DNA of 64,000 nt from Candidatus Marinacidobacterales bacterium (GTDB lineage Bacteria > Acidobacteriota > Vicinamibacteria > Marinacidobacterales > DATDRI01): assembly GCA_965219415.1 (NCBI GenBank), contig CBDCNP010000001.1, forward strand, positions 96,001-160,000. Reading direction: 5' to 3'. The translations under genes were made by a program, and so were the position numbers. Under the pieces are notes generated by a model. That model was not told the origin of the DNA and searched no databases. It saw nothing but the letters and a program-made list of their open reading frames with translations. Below, piece by piece: positions 20,907-32,168 of the stretch; positions within the stretch are counted from its first letter, which is position 1; every line of letters starts with the position of its first letter.

Positions 20907-23900
20907 CTAGTTGGTGGGGACGAGTCGCTTCAATTCCTCGAACCAGTTCAGGACGAGGATGAACTCCGTCGAGGAAGTCTCGTCGCTCCCGCTTTCCTTG
21001 ATCATCAGGAAGCGCTCGCCATCGGGGGAGACGTCGTAGGTGCGTCCGACTGCGCCTCCACCCGGCGCGTAGTACCCCCCGAAGACCTCCTCGGCGGCAC
21101 CGGGAGCGAAGCTAGGCTCGGTCTGAACACCGACCGCCATCAGTCTTCTGCCGGGAGTCAGATAGAACAACTCGCGGCCGTCCGGAGCCCACAGAGGCCG
21201 CGCACCACCGCCCCTTGAGATCAGCCACTGTCCATCCTCGACGTTCGGGAACGGCCGCACGTAGATCTCGTATTGGCCCGAGGCGTTCGACTCGTAGGCC
21301 AGCCACAGGCCGTCGGGAGAGATCTCCCCGTTCCGTTCTGAGAACTCAGTCGCCAGAAGGGGCTCCGGAGAGCCCTCGAGGGAAAGCACGACGAGGTCGT
21401 AGTCTTGCTCATCCATTTCGAGAAACACCAACTGCCTCCCGTCCGGGGTGAAGGCGTATGGAAATTGCTGGTTCTCGCTTTCGGTCAGTCGCTCGACCGC
21501 GCCCGTGCCGTCGGCCGCTTTCAAGTAAAGGTTCGGTGTTCCGTCACGGTCAGAGGCGAACGCCACCTGCCTCCCGTCCGGCGTCCAAACTGGGTTGAGG
21601 TCCTGGCCGGGAGCGAGCGTGAGCCGGGTCAGTGTCTCGTGGGCGAAGTCCCAAATCCAGATGTCGTGCTCCTGGTCGGGCAGAAAGACGGCGAGACGGC
21701 CCCCATCCGGAGAGATACGTGGGTACACATAGGCACGCGGCTCGGCTGCCAGTGCCTCTTCTCTTCCGTCCCGATCCACCCAGACAACTGTGCGGACCGC
21801 TAGAGCACTACCGGTCACATAGACCAAGGCACCGGTGTCCGAAACGCTGAACTGTGCGGCAGCCAGTACAGGAGCGGTCATGACGCCCTCGGCCATGGGT
21901 ACGGGACCGCCCGTCACCTCGAGCTTGTCCACATCAAACGGCACGGCCAAAAGCGTTCCATCCAAGACGTAGACCAGGTGCCCCGTGGGTACGTAGCGGG
22001 CGTCTTTGCCGCTTTCGATCAGAACCTTTCTCTCACCGGTCTCGAGAGAATGCACCACGATCTGGGCGTCGTCCCATCCCGAACCGTCCCCGAGGGTAAA
22101 GAGCACGGCTTTTTCGCCCGGCAAGACCTGCGGGCCATGGCCGACCTCTTCCGTTGTGTCCAGCGGGATGAGAACCTCGGGCGCGCCTCCATCGGCGGAC
22201 ACCTGCATGATGCCAGCCCCACGTTCCCCGAAAACAATGGTGTCGTCGGCTCCCCACCGAGCGCCCAGAACGCCCCCAAAACCTCCAGCGTCACATAGGC
22301 GCACGGATGCGCCACCGCTGATGGCGACCTTCTTGAGCTGGCGCTCTGCCGAGAATCCTACCCACTCACCGTCGGGAGAAAAGAAGGGACCTCGAGCATT
22401 CTCGGTGCCCCGGATGGGAGTCGCCTCCGTTTGGTCCATGGCACGGAGGTAGAGCTGCTGGTTGGCACTGTACACGAGGCGGGTGCCGTCCGAAGAGAAG
22501 AGCCACGGCGGGACGACCCGTACCCGTCAGCCCGACGCCCGAGGGCAACGGAAGCGAAGACCGTACGACGGGTCGTGGCGTTTCCGCAGGACGCGTCACT
22601 TGCCAAACCGCGACGCCAGTGACGACCACCGCGAGCAACAGCGACAGCCCCCAGGCGAGGTCACGGCTTCTCGGCCTTGCCCCCACCGGCGTGGACACGC
22701 CCGACTCTGAACCGACCTCGGCGATCCAGTTCAACTCACGCTCCACATCACCAGCACTCTGCCACCGCTCATCCGGGTCCTTGGCGAGACAAGTCCGGAC
22801 CACGTGATCCAGCAAAGGCGGCGTCATCGTTTGAAGCGTCGACATGGCCGGAGGCTCGTGCTCGAGAATCGCAGCGATGAGACTTGCCTGACTCTTTCCT
22901 TCGAACGCTCGGCGGCCCGTCACCATCTCGTAGAGCACGGAGCCAAAAGCAAAGATGTCCGTGCGGGCGTCGGCTTCCTTGCCCTCGAGTTGCTCGGGAG
23001 CCATGTACTGGAACGTGCCGAGGATAGAGCCTTCTTTCGTAAGCGGCTGCGCTTCAGTGGGCAACGCCGATAGACCAGCGGCATCCGTTTCCGCGACCGA
23101 CATCTTGGCAAGACCGAAGTCGAGAAGCTTTGCGCCGGACTTTGTCAACATGATGTTCCCGGGCTTCAAGTCCCGATGCACGACGCCTTGGCGGTGGGCT
23201 TTGTCGAGAGCGTCGGCGATTTCAATTCCGTACTGCAGAGCCTGGTCGAGAGGAAGAGCGCCTTTCTTCAATCGGTCGGCGAGGGTGTCTCCTTCAATGT
23301 GCTCCATGACCATGAAGTCGATGCCGTTCTCGCTGCCGATATCGTGAAGGGTGCATATGTTGGGATGGTTCAGGCTCGAGACAGCGCGGCTTCCCGCTCG
23401 AATCTCTGGCGGACTTCGGGATGGCTGGCTACGTGAGAGGGAAGGACTTTGATGGCGACGGTGCGGTCGAGCCGAGTGTCTTTGGCTTTGTAGACCTCAC
23501 CCATACCACCTGCACCGAGAGGTGTCAGAATGGGCTTGATCCAGTTTCGTGGACACTTTCTGAAAGGCGGATACGATGTCCACAATGGCAAAGACAACGC
23601 AGCCCCGGCGACCCCGCCGGGAGTTTGATGACGAGTTTAAGGCAGGCGCGGTCCGGCTGGTGCTTGATGAAGGCCAGAGCGTGGGTCGGGTGGCCCGGGA
23701 GCTTGACCTCACCGAATCGGCGTTTCGCAACTGGGTCCGTCAGGCCCGGGCCGATCGGACGAAGGGCCGGACGGGCTTGACGGGCGTGGAACGCGAGGAG
23801 CTTCGGCGGCTCCGCAAAGAGAATCGGCGGTTGCGGGTGGAGCGCGACGTTTTAAAAAAAGCCGCGGCCTTCTTCGCGAAGGAGAGCGAGTAAGATTCGC

Positions 23901-24830
23901 GTTCATCCAGGCGGAGAAGGCCACCGTACCGGTCGTTCACCTGTGTCAGATTCTCAACGTCTCTCGGAGTGGCTTTTATGCCTGGGTACGTCGGCCGCCG
24001 TCGGCCCACGCGCGCCGGGACCGCCAGTTGCGCGTGTTGATTCGTGCCTCCCATGAGGCGAGTCGCCGCACCTATGGGAGTCCGCGGATTTATCACGACC
24101 TGCACGAGCAGGGGTATCGAGTGAGTCGGAAGCGGGTGATTCGGTTGAAACAGGCAGAAGGCCTCATTGCTCGAGTACGCAAACGCTTCAAGCGCACGAC
24201 GGTAAGCGGTCATGGCCAGCCCGTCGCGGCCAATGTGCTCGGGCAAGACTTCGTCGCCGATGCGCCGAACCAACGGTGGGTCGGGGACACGACCGAGTTC
24301 GTGATCGGCAGCGGCGGGAAGCTTTATCTCGCGGCGCTCCTCGACCTCTACTCGCGATTCCTCGTTGGGTGGGCCGTAAGTGCTATTAACGACCGTCACC
24401 TGGTTATCAAGGCGTTGCGGATGGCACTGAAACGTCGCCAACCGGCCGCGGGGCTCTTGCATCACTCCGATCAGGGCAGTCCGTATGCCAGCAAAGACTA
24501 CCAACGTCTCCTTGAGACGCATGGCATGACCGGGAGCATGAGCCGACGGGGCAACTGCTACGACAACGCCGTCATCGAGAGCTGGTTCTCCACGGTCAAG
24601 CACGAGCTTGGGGAGCATTTCCTCAGTTGCGGCGAGGCCAAGATGGCCCTCTTCGACTTCATCGAGGTATTCTACAACCAGAGACGACGACACTCGACCC
24701 TCGGCCAGGTCAGTCCGGCCGAGTTTGAACGACGGATGAGGACTTCGCCAGCTTAACTAAACCGTCTACGAAACCGGATCAAGCCCAGAATCTCATAGGG
24801 ATCCAGCTTAGTGCCGGGATTGAGTGCCAT
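20907..24830 (-). pseudogene. Ser/Thr kinase with TM and WD40/PD40 (TolB-like) propeller; IS3-interrupted and frameshifted
   Basis: MALNPGTKLDPYEIL|IS3|TPLGAGGMGEV; HRDLKPGN, DFG; frameshifts near 23370 and 22490; C-terminus VLNWFEELKRLVPTN. Confidence 0.9.
23531..24787 (+). mobile_element. IS3-family element (orfA 23576..23893, orfB about 23890..24756)
   Basis: TG...CA ends with IR; GAA target duplication; A7G slippery site near 23854; WVGDTT, HSDQG and ESWF DDE motifs. Confidence 0.95.
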
Positions 24831-24840
24831 CACATCAGAG

Positions 24841-24885
24841 CCCCTCACCCTACCCTCTCCCCAAAATGGGAGAGGGTATAAAGGA
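24841..24885. repeat. REP-like hairpin CCCTCACCCTACCCTCTCCC...GGGAGAGGG
   Basis: Related copies at 50313-50342 and 50361-50400. Confidence 0.7.
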
Positions 24886-24906
24886 GGGAAGCCGTCGTTA
24901 TTAAGC

Positions 24907-24939
24907 GTGAAAATAGCCCCGTACAGGGTGAAAAGTCAA
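24907..24939 (-). promoter_or_regulatory. Conserved cassette promoter, copy 1
   Basis: Minus strand TTGACT-18 bp-TATTTT; upstream of the kinase start at 24830. Confidence 0.7.
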
Positions 24940-24990
24940 AAGAGGACGACGGCCTTGGATTCAACGGCTCGGGAGGATCAACTTCCCTGC

Positions 24991-25011
24991 TGTGCGGGAA
25001 CTGTGCGGGAA
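24991..25011. repeat. Arm-type direct repeat, family A (TGTGCGGGAA x2)
   Basis: 11-bp period, about 105 bp before the tRNA fragment; same repeat at 39750-39770. Confidence 0.7.
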
Positions 25012-25115
25012 CTGGTGGCAACTCAGGGCTACTGAGAGCAAAAGAGAAAGAGGGAAAGCCGCGTTTTTGTTGCTGTACGTTGCTCTGGGTGGTCATACGT
25101 GGCTCCTCCATCCCC

Positions 25116-25240
25116 CTCATAACCCAAAGGTCGCCAGCCTTCGCGCACGGAGTGACCGAATCTTGCGCTACGGCCGGCAGGCAGGTTCCCGCCTTCGCTC
25201 ACGACTCTCATCGTGACGTGAGCTACGGTTGGCAAACCAT
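25116..25240 (+). repeat. tRNA-fMet 3' fragment (att-like) split by two hairpin inserts
   Basis: CTCATAACCCAAAGGTCGC [insert 25135-25182] AGGTTC [insert 25189 to about 25238]. Confidence 0.88.
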
Positions 25241-25393
25241 CCCTCCCGGGAAAAAACTCGCCCGGGCGAGGTTTCGCGAGATCTGGCGATATTCCGGCTC
25301 CTACATTCCTCCAACTTCTCGTGGAGGCCGCCTCTTTTCGTCGTCAAATTGGGCAATCTTCGTCATGAGCCCTCGCCGATGAGATTCACTCCC

Positions 25394-27977
25394 TCAATCT
25401 TCCATGGGGACGAGGCGCTGGAGTTCTTCGAAGAAGCCCTCGATGATGACGACGCGAAAGTCCTCACTGTTCTCGACCATCAGAAAACGCCCGTCGGGGG
25501 CGACATCGTAGCGCTGGTGCCCCTCGAGGTCGAGAGTGTAAGGGCCATCAAAAAGCTCCACCGGGGAACTGATGCGAAGTTCCTGGCCGGGCTCCACCGA
25601 CGCCATCATCACCTTGCTGCCCCTGCGAAAGAAGATCTCTCGGCCGTCCGACGACCAGATAGGCGAGAGACCGCCATCGAATCGACACGGGTATCTTGGG
25701 CCCCGGTCCCGGAAACGGCACTACGTAGACCTGGAACTCGCCGGTCTCGTCGCTCACGTACGCGAGCCAGTTGCCGTCTGGTGAGAACCGGGCTGTTCTC
25801 TCGTTGTCCGAGCCCTCGAGCAGACGCTGGGGCTCACCGTCCCGGGGAAGCACCCATACGTCAGAGGCGGCGTCGAAGTAGGCAAGGTACTCCCCGTCGG
25901 GCGTCCATGATGTCGGCACCGGGTCCACCACCGCGCCGCTTGCGAGCAGCGTCTCCTCCTCGGCAATGCCGTCGGCCATCAGTGCGACGATCGTGCCACT
26001 TTTGTGGTACGTCGCGCGCCTACCCTCAGAATCCCAGATTGGGAAGTGTGTGTCCCCCGACGCCACTAGGCTCCGACTCCCTCGAGCGAGGTCGCCGGAG
26101 TAGACGTCCTCGTCGATGTTGAGGAGCGCGTTCCTCCCGTCACTGGACAGATCGATGTGCGAGTAGTTGCGGCGTTCACCGGGGATGGGAGTGGACCGCC
26201 CGTTACGATCTACCCACACCAGCCGTGCGGTCCCGTCGCTCCGTTCAGCGACGTAGACCAGAGTCCCGTCGAGCGCGAGGCGCGGACCGTAGGCGATCCC
26301 GTTGAGGATGGAAACGGCCGCACCCCTCATCTCGAGACTGCGACGTCAAAAGGCACGGCCCAGAGTTCATCCTGCTGGCGGAAGAGAAGGTGGCCCGAGG
26401 GAGAGTAGAGCGGCATCCTACCCCGCAACGGAAGTTCTTTCCATGTCCCGGCGACGAGGTCGGCAACAGCCAGGCGCTCTTCTTCAGGGCCGAGGATCGT
26501 GAACAAAGCGTGGCGACCACTCGGAAGGTGCGTCGGAAGAACGTGGCCTACCGCGTCATCCTGCGTATGGGTTAAAGGCTGCGGGGCACCCCCATTCGCG
26601 GGGACCCTGCTCAGCCCGTGGACGGAGGAACCGATCAAGATGCTGCCGTCGGAGCCCCAGCTCAGCCCCGCCGCGAACCACGAAATCTCACAGACCGGGT
26701 CGGGCTGCCCGCCCTGTATGGAGACGGTTCGCAGCTCGCTCCCGGAAAAGTAGGCCAAGCGCTCGCCGTCGGGGGAAAAGGCGATATTCCATGGGCCGGC
26801 AGGCCCAGAGAGGGGCGAAGCCTCGAGGCTATCGAGAGGTCGCAGGTAGATGTCGACGCGGTTCTCGACTCGTCCCGCGTAAGCAAGATGCCTCCCTTGT
26901 GGGGAGATCGTGACCCGAAAATCCGTCCAGTTGGGCACCGTCTGCCAAGGCAGATCGAGCGCAAAGCGACGCAGTGTGCGATCACCCTTTGAAGGGTTCG
27001 GTCCCCACAACAAAAGCCCTAGCCGAAACGAGTCCCAACCCGGCCGCGAGGACCCAGGGCAGTGCTTGCCGGACTCGAGCGGGGGTCGACTTCTCGGTCA
27101 AGCCGCTCGCACCCTCGCCTTGCTCGGACGTCTCCTCGAGCTTGAGTCGTACGTCGCCGATATCGCGCAGGCGTCGGCGCCGGTCTTTCTCGAGGCATCG
27201 CCTCAAGACTCTTGTCGTGCTCTGAGGCGCATCGGCGGGCAATCGATGCCAGTCCGGCTCATTCTTCACGACCGCAGCGAGAATGTCGGTCACGGTGTCG
27301 CCGTCGAACGGCCTTCGACTCGTCAACGTCTCGTAGAGACAGCACCCGAATGCCCAGATATCGGTTCGCTTGTCGACCGCTCTGCCACGAGCCTGCTCCG
27401 GGCTCATGTAAGGCGCCGTGCCCATGATGGCGCCGAGCGCCGTCCCCTTCGTCAGCGTGGGAGACCGTGAAATGTCGTCTGCAGATTGGTCTTCGACCGC
27501 CAACGCTTTGGCGAGACCGAAATCGAGAATCTTGACGTCGCCGTCGGGAGTGATCTTGATGTTGGCTGGTTTCAAGTCGCGGTGTACGACGCCCTTCTCG
27601 TGCGCGGCCTCGAGTCCTGCGGCGATCTGGCGAAAGATGGATAACGCTTCTTCGATCGCTAACGGTCCCCTGGTGATGGCTTCGGCGAGCGTTTCACCTT
27701 CGACGAGCTCCATCACGAGAAAGCTCTGATCGCCCGACGACTCGAGGCCGTGGAGCGTGTCGACGTTCGGGTGATTCAGACTCGCGAGAAGCCGCGCTTT
27801 TCGCTCGAACCGGGAAAGCCGCTCGGCATCTTCGGCAAACTCAGGCGAGAGTACTTTGATGGCCATATCGCGGCCGAGCTTACCGTCTCTCGCCCTGTAA
27901 ACCTCTCCCATCCCGCCTTTGCCAATGGGATCGAGGATCTCGTAGAGACCTAGCTTCTGCCCGGCTTCGAGTGCCAT
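25394..27977 (-). pseudogene. Ser/Thr kinase with PD40 propeller, frameshifted into about four pieces
   Basis: GKGGMGEV, HRDLKPAN, DFG; propeller pieces in successive frames. Confidence 0.88.
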
Positions 27978-27980
27978 CAG

Positions 27981-30644
27981 TCAGTTGGTGGGAACGAGCC
28001 GCTTCAATTCCTCGAACCAGTTCAGGACGACGTTGATCTGTGAGGCACCGCCCGTTGCCGACTCGACTGGCTGCAGCATTAGGAACCGCTGACCGTCCGG
28101 CCTGACATCGTAAAATGGGTAGCTGAAGCGGGTCGGCAAATACGGTCCTTCAAAAAGCATCTGAGGCTTTCCCGGCCTAAAGTCGGATTCTGCGTCCACT
28201 GCCACAGCCATCATGCTGCTCCCACTGCGGTAAAACATGCCTCCTTCGGGGTTCCAGACCACCTCGTGGCCTCCATTGGTCGAAATCTGCCACTTCGCAC
28301 CGGGGCCGGGATATGGCCGCACGTAAACCTCTCTCCGGCCCGACTCGTCCGAGGTATAGGCCATCCATTTCCCGTCCGGGGAAAACTTCGGTGCAGTTTC
28401 TTCGTAGCGTTCCTGCAGGAACGGGTGCGCCTCCCGATCCGCGAGATTCAGTACCCAGATGTCGCGCCCAGTCTCCGGGTTGGGTACGGTAAAGGCCAGC
28501 AGTTGCCCGTCCGGGGAAAACGACGCCGGGGGAGTTTGACGATCATTTGTCGTCAGCCGTTCCATGTCACCGCTGCCATCGGCCATTTGCCAGAACATGT
28601 TCAATGGGCCTTCACGGCTTGAAACGAACGCGATCCGCTGCGCGTCAGGCGACCAGACAGGAACAGTATTACGAACTCCCTCAAGAGTCAGTCGAGTAAG
28701 GGCGTCTCGGGAAACGTCATAAACCCAAACATGAAGCTCATTCTCTGCGATTCCGACGGCTACACGCTGACCGTCGGGAGAGATCTGAGGGTACTCGTAA
28801 AGCCGAGGGGGGGCGGGCAAGGACTCAGCCACACCCTGGCGATCCACCCAGACCAGTGTGCTCGCGAATTCCTCCACAGTGCCGGGAACATAGGCGAGTG
28901 TCCCCGTTCGGGAGAGGGCAAACTGCGCACCGCCACGGAGTGTACCGGGAGAACGAATACCTTCTATGACAGGCACCGGAAAACCAGAGATTTCCAGCCG
29001 ACCGGGATCAAATGGAACGGCCATCAAGGTTCCCGCCTGGTCATAGACCAGATGCCCCGTGGAAATGTAATGGGGGAACTTGCCCCGCTGCACGAGGAGC
29101 TTAGCCTCACGCGTATCGAGCCGCTGCACCATGATCGCCCCACCCAACACGAAGAGCACCGCTTGCCCTCCGGGCAGAATCTGCGGCCAGCTAGGAATGC
29201 CCTGGGCACTCGCATCCGAGGCCGTGAGGACCTCGGTCGTCCCGCCGTCTGCCGATACCCGAAGGAGGCCCAGAACACTGACCGCGCTGAAAATAATTCT
29301 GTCATCGGCTCCCCAACTTGCCCCCTGGGGACGTTCACTCGTCGAGGAGATGGTCACGACTGCTCCGCCGGTGATCGAAACCTTCTTCATTTCTCCTCCC
29401 GCAAAAAAGCCCACCCACCGCCCGTCGGAGGAAAAAAATGGGTTGTCACCGCCTTCAGTACCCAAAAGCCCCTCGTCTTCGAGGCTATTCATGGGACGTA
29501 GGTAGAGTCGCGGTGGATCGTTTCCCTTTTGCGCCGAGTAGACCATGTGGGAACCATCCGGTGAAAGAGCCAGGGGCGCGATGGTGGTCGGCGGAATTAC
29601 TTCGTCGGCTTGCAAGGCGACTACCGTGCGCGTAACCGGCAAGGACGGTACTGGCCAGAAATTCCATGCGGCAACGCTCGCAAAGATGGCTCCGACTCCA
29701 AGAGCGAGGGCCAACGGAATCGCACCTCGCCAGCTAGTACGGGACGAGACCCCTGCAGCGTCTCTTGCCACGCCTACTTCTGACCCACCGTCGGCAATCC
29801 ACCTCAATTCATCATGCAAATCCTTCGCGGATTGCCATCTTTCCTCTTGCGCTTTCGCCAGGCATTTCTTCACCACGCGGTCCAGAGCCGGGGGCGTCAT
29901 CGTCTGGACTTCAGTCATCGGTTCCGGCTCGGAGTTCATGATCGCGCCGATCAAACTGGCTTGACTCGTCCCTTCAAATGCCTTCCTCCCCGTCGCCATC
30001 TCATAGACCACGACACCAAAGGCGAAGAGGTCCGTCCTCGCATCGGCTTCCTTGCCTTCCAGCTGCTCAGGCGCCATGTACTGGAACGTGCCGAGAATTG
30101 AGCCTTCCTGAGTAAGAGGTTGTGCCTCAGTCGGCAACGCGGATAGCCCGTTGGCGCTCGTTGGGGTGGCCGACATCTTGGCGAGCCCAAAGTCTAGAAG
30201 TTTCGCCCCGGACTTCGTGAGCATGATGTTGCCGGGCTTCAAGTCTCGATGGACGACGCCTTGTCGGTGGGCTTTGTCCAGAGCGTCGGCGATTTGAATT
30301 CCGTACTGGAGAGCCTGTTCGAGGGGCAGGGCACCTTTCTTCAATCGATCGGCAAGGGTGTCTCCTTCGATGTGCTCCATGACCATGTAGTCAATGCCGT
30401 TCTCGCTGCCGATATCGTGGAGCGTACAGATGTGTGGATGGTTCAGGCTGGAGACGGCACGGGCTTCTCGCTCGAAACGCTCCCTTAGCTGCGCGTTATC
30501 CGAGAGGTGAGACGGAAGGACTTTGATGGCGACGGTGCGGTCGAGGCGAGTGTCTTTGGCCTTGTAGACTTCGCCCATGCCACCTGCACCGAGAGGTGCG
30601 AGGATTTCATAAGGACCCAGCTTGGCGCCGGTGGTTAATGACAT
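27981..30644 (-). CDS. Ser/Thr kinase with TM and WD40/PD40 propeller (intact, 887 aa)
   Basis: All kinase motifs intact; FSPDG repeats. Confidence 0.95.
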   Translation of the reverse strand: MSLTTGAKLGPYEILAPLGAGGMGEVYKAKDTRLDRTVAIKVLPSHLSDNAQLRERFEREARAVSSLNHPHICTLHDIGSENGIDYMVMEHIEGDTLADRLKKGALPLEQALQYGIQIADALDKAHRQGVVHRDLKPGNIMLTKSGAKLLDFGLAKMSATPTSANGLSALPTEAQPLTQEGSILGTFQYMAPEQLEGKEADARTDLFAFGVVVYEMATGRKAFEGTSQASLIGAIMNSEPEPMTEVQTMTPPALDRVVKKCLAKAQEERWQSAKDLHDELRWIADGGSEVGVARDAAGVSSRTSWRGAIPLALALGVGAIFASVAAWNFWPVPSLPVTRTVVALQADEVIPPTTIAPLALSPDGSHMVYSAQKGNDPPRLYLRPMNSLEDEGLLGTEGGDNPFFSSDGRWVGFFAGGEMKKVSITGGAVVTISSTSERPQGASWGADDRIIFSAVSVLGLLRVSADGGTTEVLTASDASAQGIPSWPQILPGGQAVLFVLGGAIMVQRLDTREAKLLVQRGKFPHYISTGHLVYDQAGTLMAVPFDPGRLEISGFPVPVIEGIRSPGTLRGGAQFALSRTGTLAYVPGTVEEFASTLVWVDRQGVAESLPAPPRLYEYPQISPDGQRVAVGIAENELHVWVYDVSRDALTRLTLEGVRNTVPVWSPDAQRIAFVSSREGPLNMFWQMADGSGDMERLTTNDRQTPPASFSPDGQLLAFTVPNPETGRDIWVLNLADREAHPFLQERYEETAPKFSPDGKWMAYTSDESGRREVYVRPYPGPGAKWQISTNGGHEVVWNPEGGMFYRSGSSMMAVAVDAESDFRPGKPQMLFEGPYLPTRFSYPFYDVRPDGQRFLMLQPVESATGGASQINVVLNWFEELKRLVPTN

Positions 30645-30660
30645 GGCTAGCCCGTTAAAC

Positions 30661-30693
30661 GTGAAAATATCCTTGCACAGGCTGAAAAGTCAA
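30661..30693 (-). promoter_or_regulatory. Conserved cassette promoter, copy 2
   Basis: GTGAAAATATCCTTGCACAGGCTGAAAAGTCAA, 16 bp from the kinase ATG. Confidence 0.7.
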
Positions 30694-30803
30694 TGAGTAG
30701 AGAGGCCTCGCCTCGCGCGCGACGCTGCTTGAACGACGACATCGTTCCATCACCTCTTTCCCGTAGTCGCAGTCGGCCATGTAAGCGTTATGGGTGGGGC
30801 ACA

Positions 30804-31739
30804 TCATTTGGATCTTTTCTGGGCTGTGGTCTCCGCCACGGGCATAGGGCGGCCGTCATTGAAGGTGGTTGCGAAACGGCGGTGATGGAATTGCAGTGCC
30901 TGCCGCTCGTTGCAGCGTCTACCTTGTGCGTCTACGAAGGTGCACTGATTTCCGTCCCGCTCGCTGACCGCGCGCCTCACCGGGGCCGGGATGTAGCGTG
31001 AGGATGGAGAGGCATCGGTTTTCTCGAGATCCCGTCTCGGCGCCCGCGTCTTCCCATAGCGCCTCGACTCCAACCTCTCCAGCTTCTCTGTCACGGCTTC
31101 GTCGATGATGACCGCTAGATCGCTGTCGGGCATGAGCTGGCGCAGGCGTTCGATCTTGTCCTTGAGCTCGGCGCTAGCTGTGAATTGGACTTTGTAACGT
31201 TCAGGTGCCAAGGGCTCCATTGGTCTCGGTCCGGGGGACCTCGGCGATCCAACTGCGTCTGGACGCAGTTGGGCTGCGGGCGCACTTTGTACCTTTCGGC
31301 CGGGAAGCTTGCGTATCGCTGGTGCAACATCGGGCTTCAGCGCAATCTCCGCCACCAGCTCTTCGATCTTTGCCTTGGACTTGTGCGCAGCGCGCGCCAG
31401 AACCGCTTCCCGATTTGCCTCCGTGAGGTGCGGAGACAGCTTGGCCGCGCCGGTCAGATGGATACGCCCGTCCTCCAGCATCCGAAGGAGCCCCGGGTGT
31501 TTTAGCGATGCGCGCGCGACTCGGATTCGGAGATAGGCCTCGGCCTCCGACATATGCAAGACTTCGGTGCAATAGGTGAACATCGACGAGCAAGCTTCAC
31601 GTGCGTAAAGACGCCGCTGGTCCACTTCGGCGATGTGTGCGACGAGCTCTGACTCGACGCGTCGTGATTGCTGCACTAGCCCAGACAAGCGCCGGAGCAG
31701 TTCATCATCCGAGATCGATTTCAATACCTTGCTAAACAT
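30804..31739 (-). CDS. DUF222-like protein with truncated C-terminal HNH domain
   Basis: SDDELLRRL...HIAEVDQRRLY; RYIPAPVRRAVSERDGNQC...LQFHH, then diverges before the HNH motif is complete. Confidence 0.7.
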   Translation of the reverse strand: MFSKVLKSISDDELLRRLSGLVQQSRRVESELVAHIAEVDQRRLYAREACSSMFTYCTEVLHMSEAEAYLRIRVARASLKHPGLLRMLEDGRIHLTGAAKLSPHLTEANREAVLARAAHKSKAKIEELVAEIALKPDVAPAIRKLPGRKVQSAPAAQLRPDAVGSPRSPGPRPMEPLAPERYKVQFTASAELKDKIERLRQLMPDSDLAVIIDEAVTEKLERLESRRYGKTRAPRRDLEKTDASPSSRYIPAPVRRAVSERDGNQCTFVDAQGRRCNERQALQFHHRRFATTFNDGRPMPVAETTAQKRSK

Positions 31740-32168
31740 CAGTCATCCTCCTAACCAGTAATATAACAACGCACTTTTTTTGGCCTTGAGTCGACGTGAG
31801 TCGGGAGGAACGTGCTCCGAGGGAGATTTTGTCTCGAAATGTGTGGGCGTTGGCTAGAGAGTCAACACGCGTGTCAGAGATACTGCGAAGATACTAGTAA
31901 GGTCTACAAAATTTGCTGTGGGATCTTGTCAAGAGAAAATTTCACCTTTTTACTTTGGGCTTCAGAGAGTCAAATCGGGCTTCCCGCCGTCTGCGGTAGG
32001 TTACCTGAGCCCCGTTCGTTTCTGGATCTCCTCGAACTTTGGGTCTCCTTTCAGGGATTCCCCTACCGGGGTCCAACGGAGAAAGAGAAACTCGCCGGCG
32101 CGCTCGGCATCGGCTTTCTGGAGCCACTCGTAAAGCTTATCGCGCTCGACCGGGTAGTCGCGTTACTC

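Noticed and set aside
25135-25238. Two adjacent hairpin units as a mini CRISPR array
   Set aside because: Only two non-identical units, the 6-bp separator is tRNA sequence, and there are no cas genes in the window.
20907-30644. Diversity-generating retroelement acting on the kinase C-termini
   Set aside because: No reverse transcriptase and no TR/VR pair with adenine-specific differences was seen.
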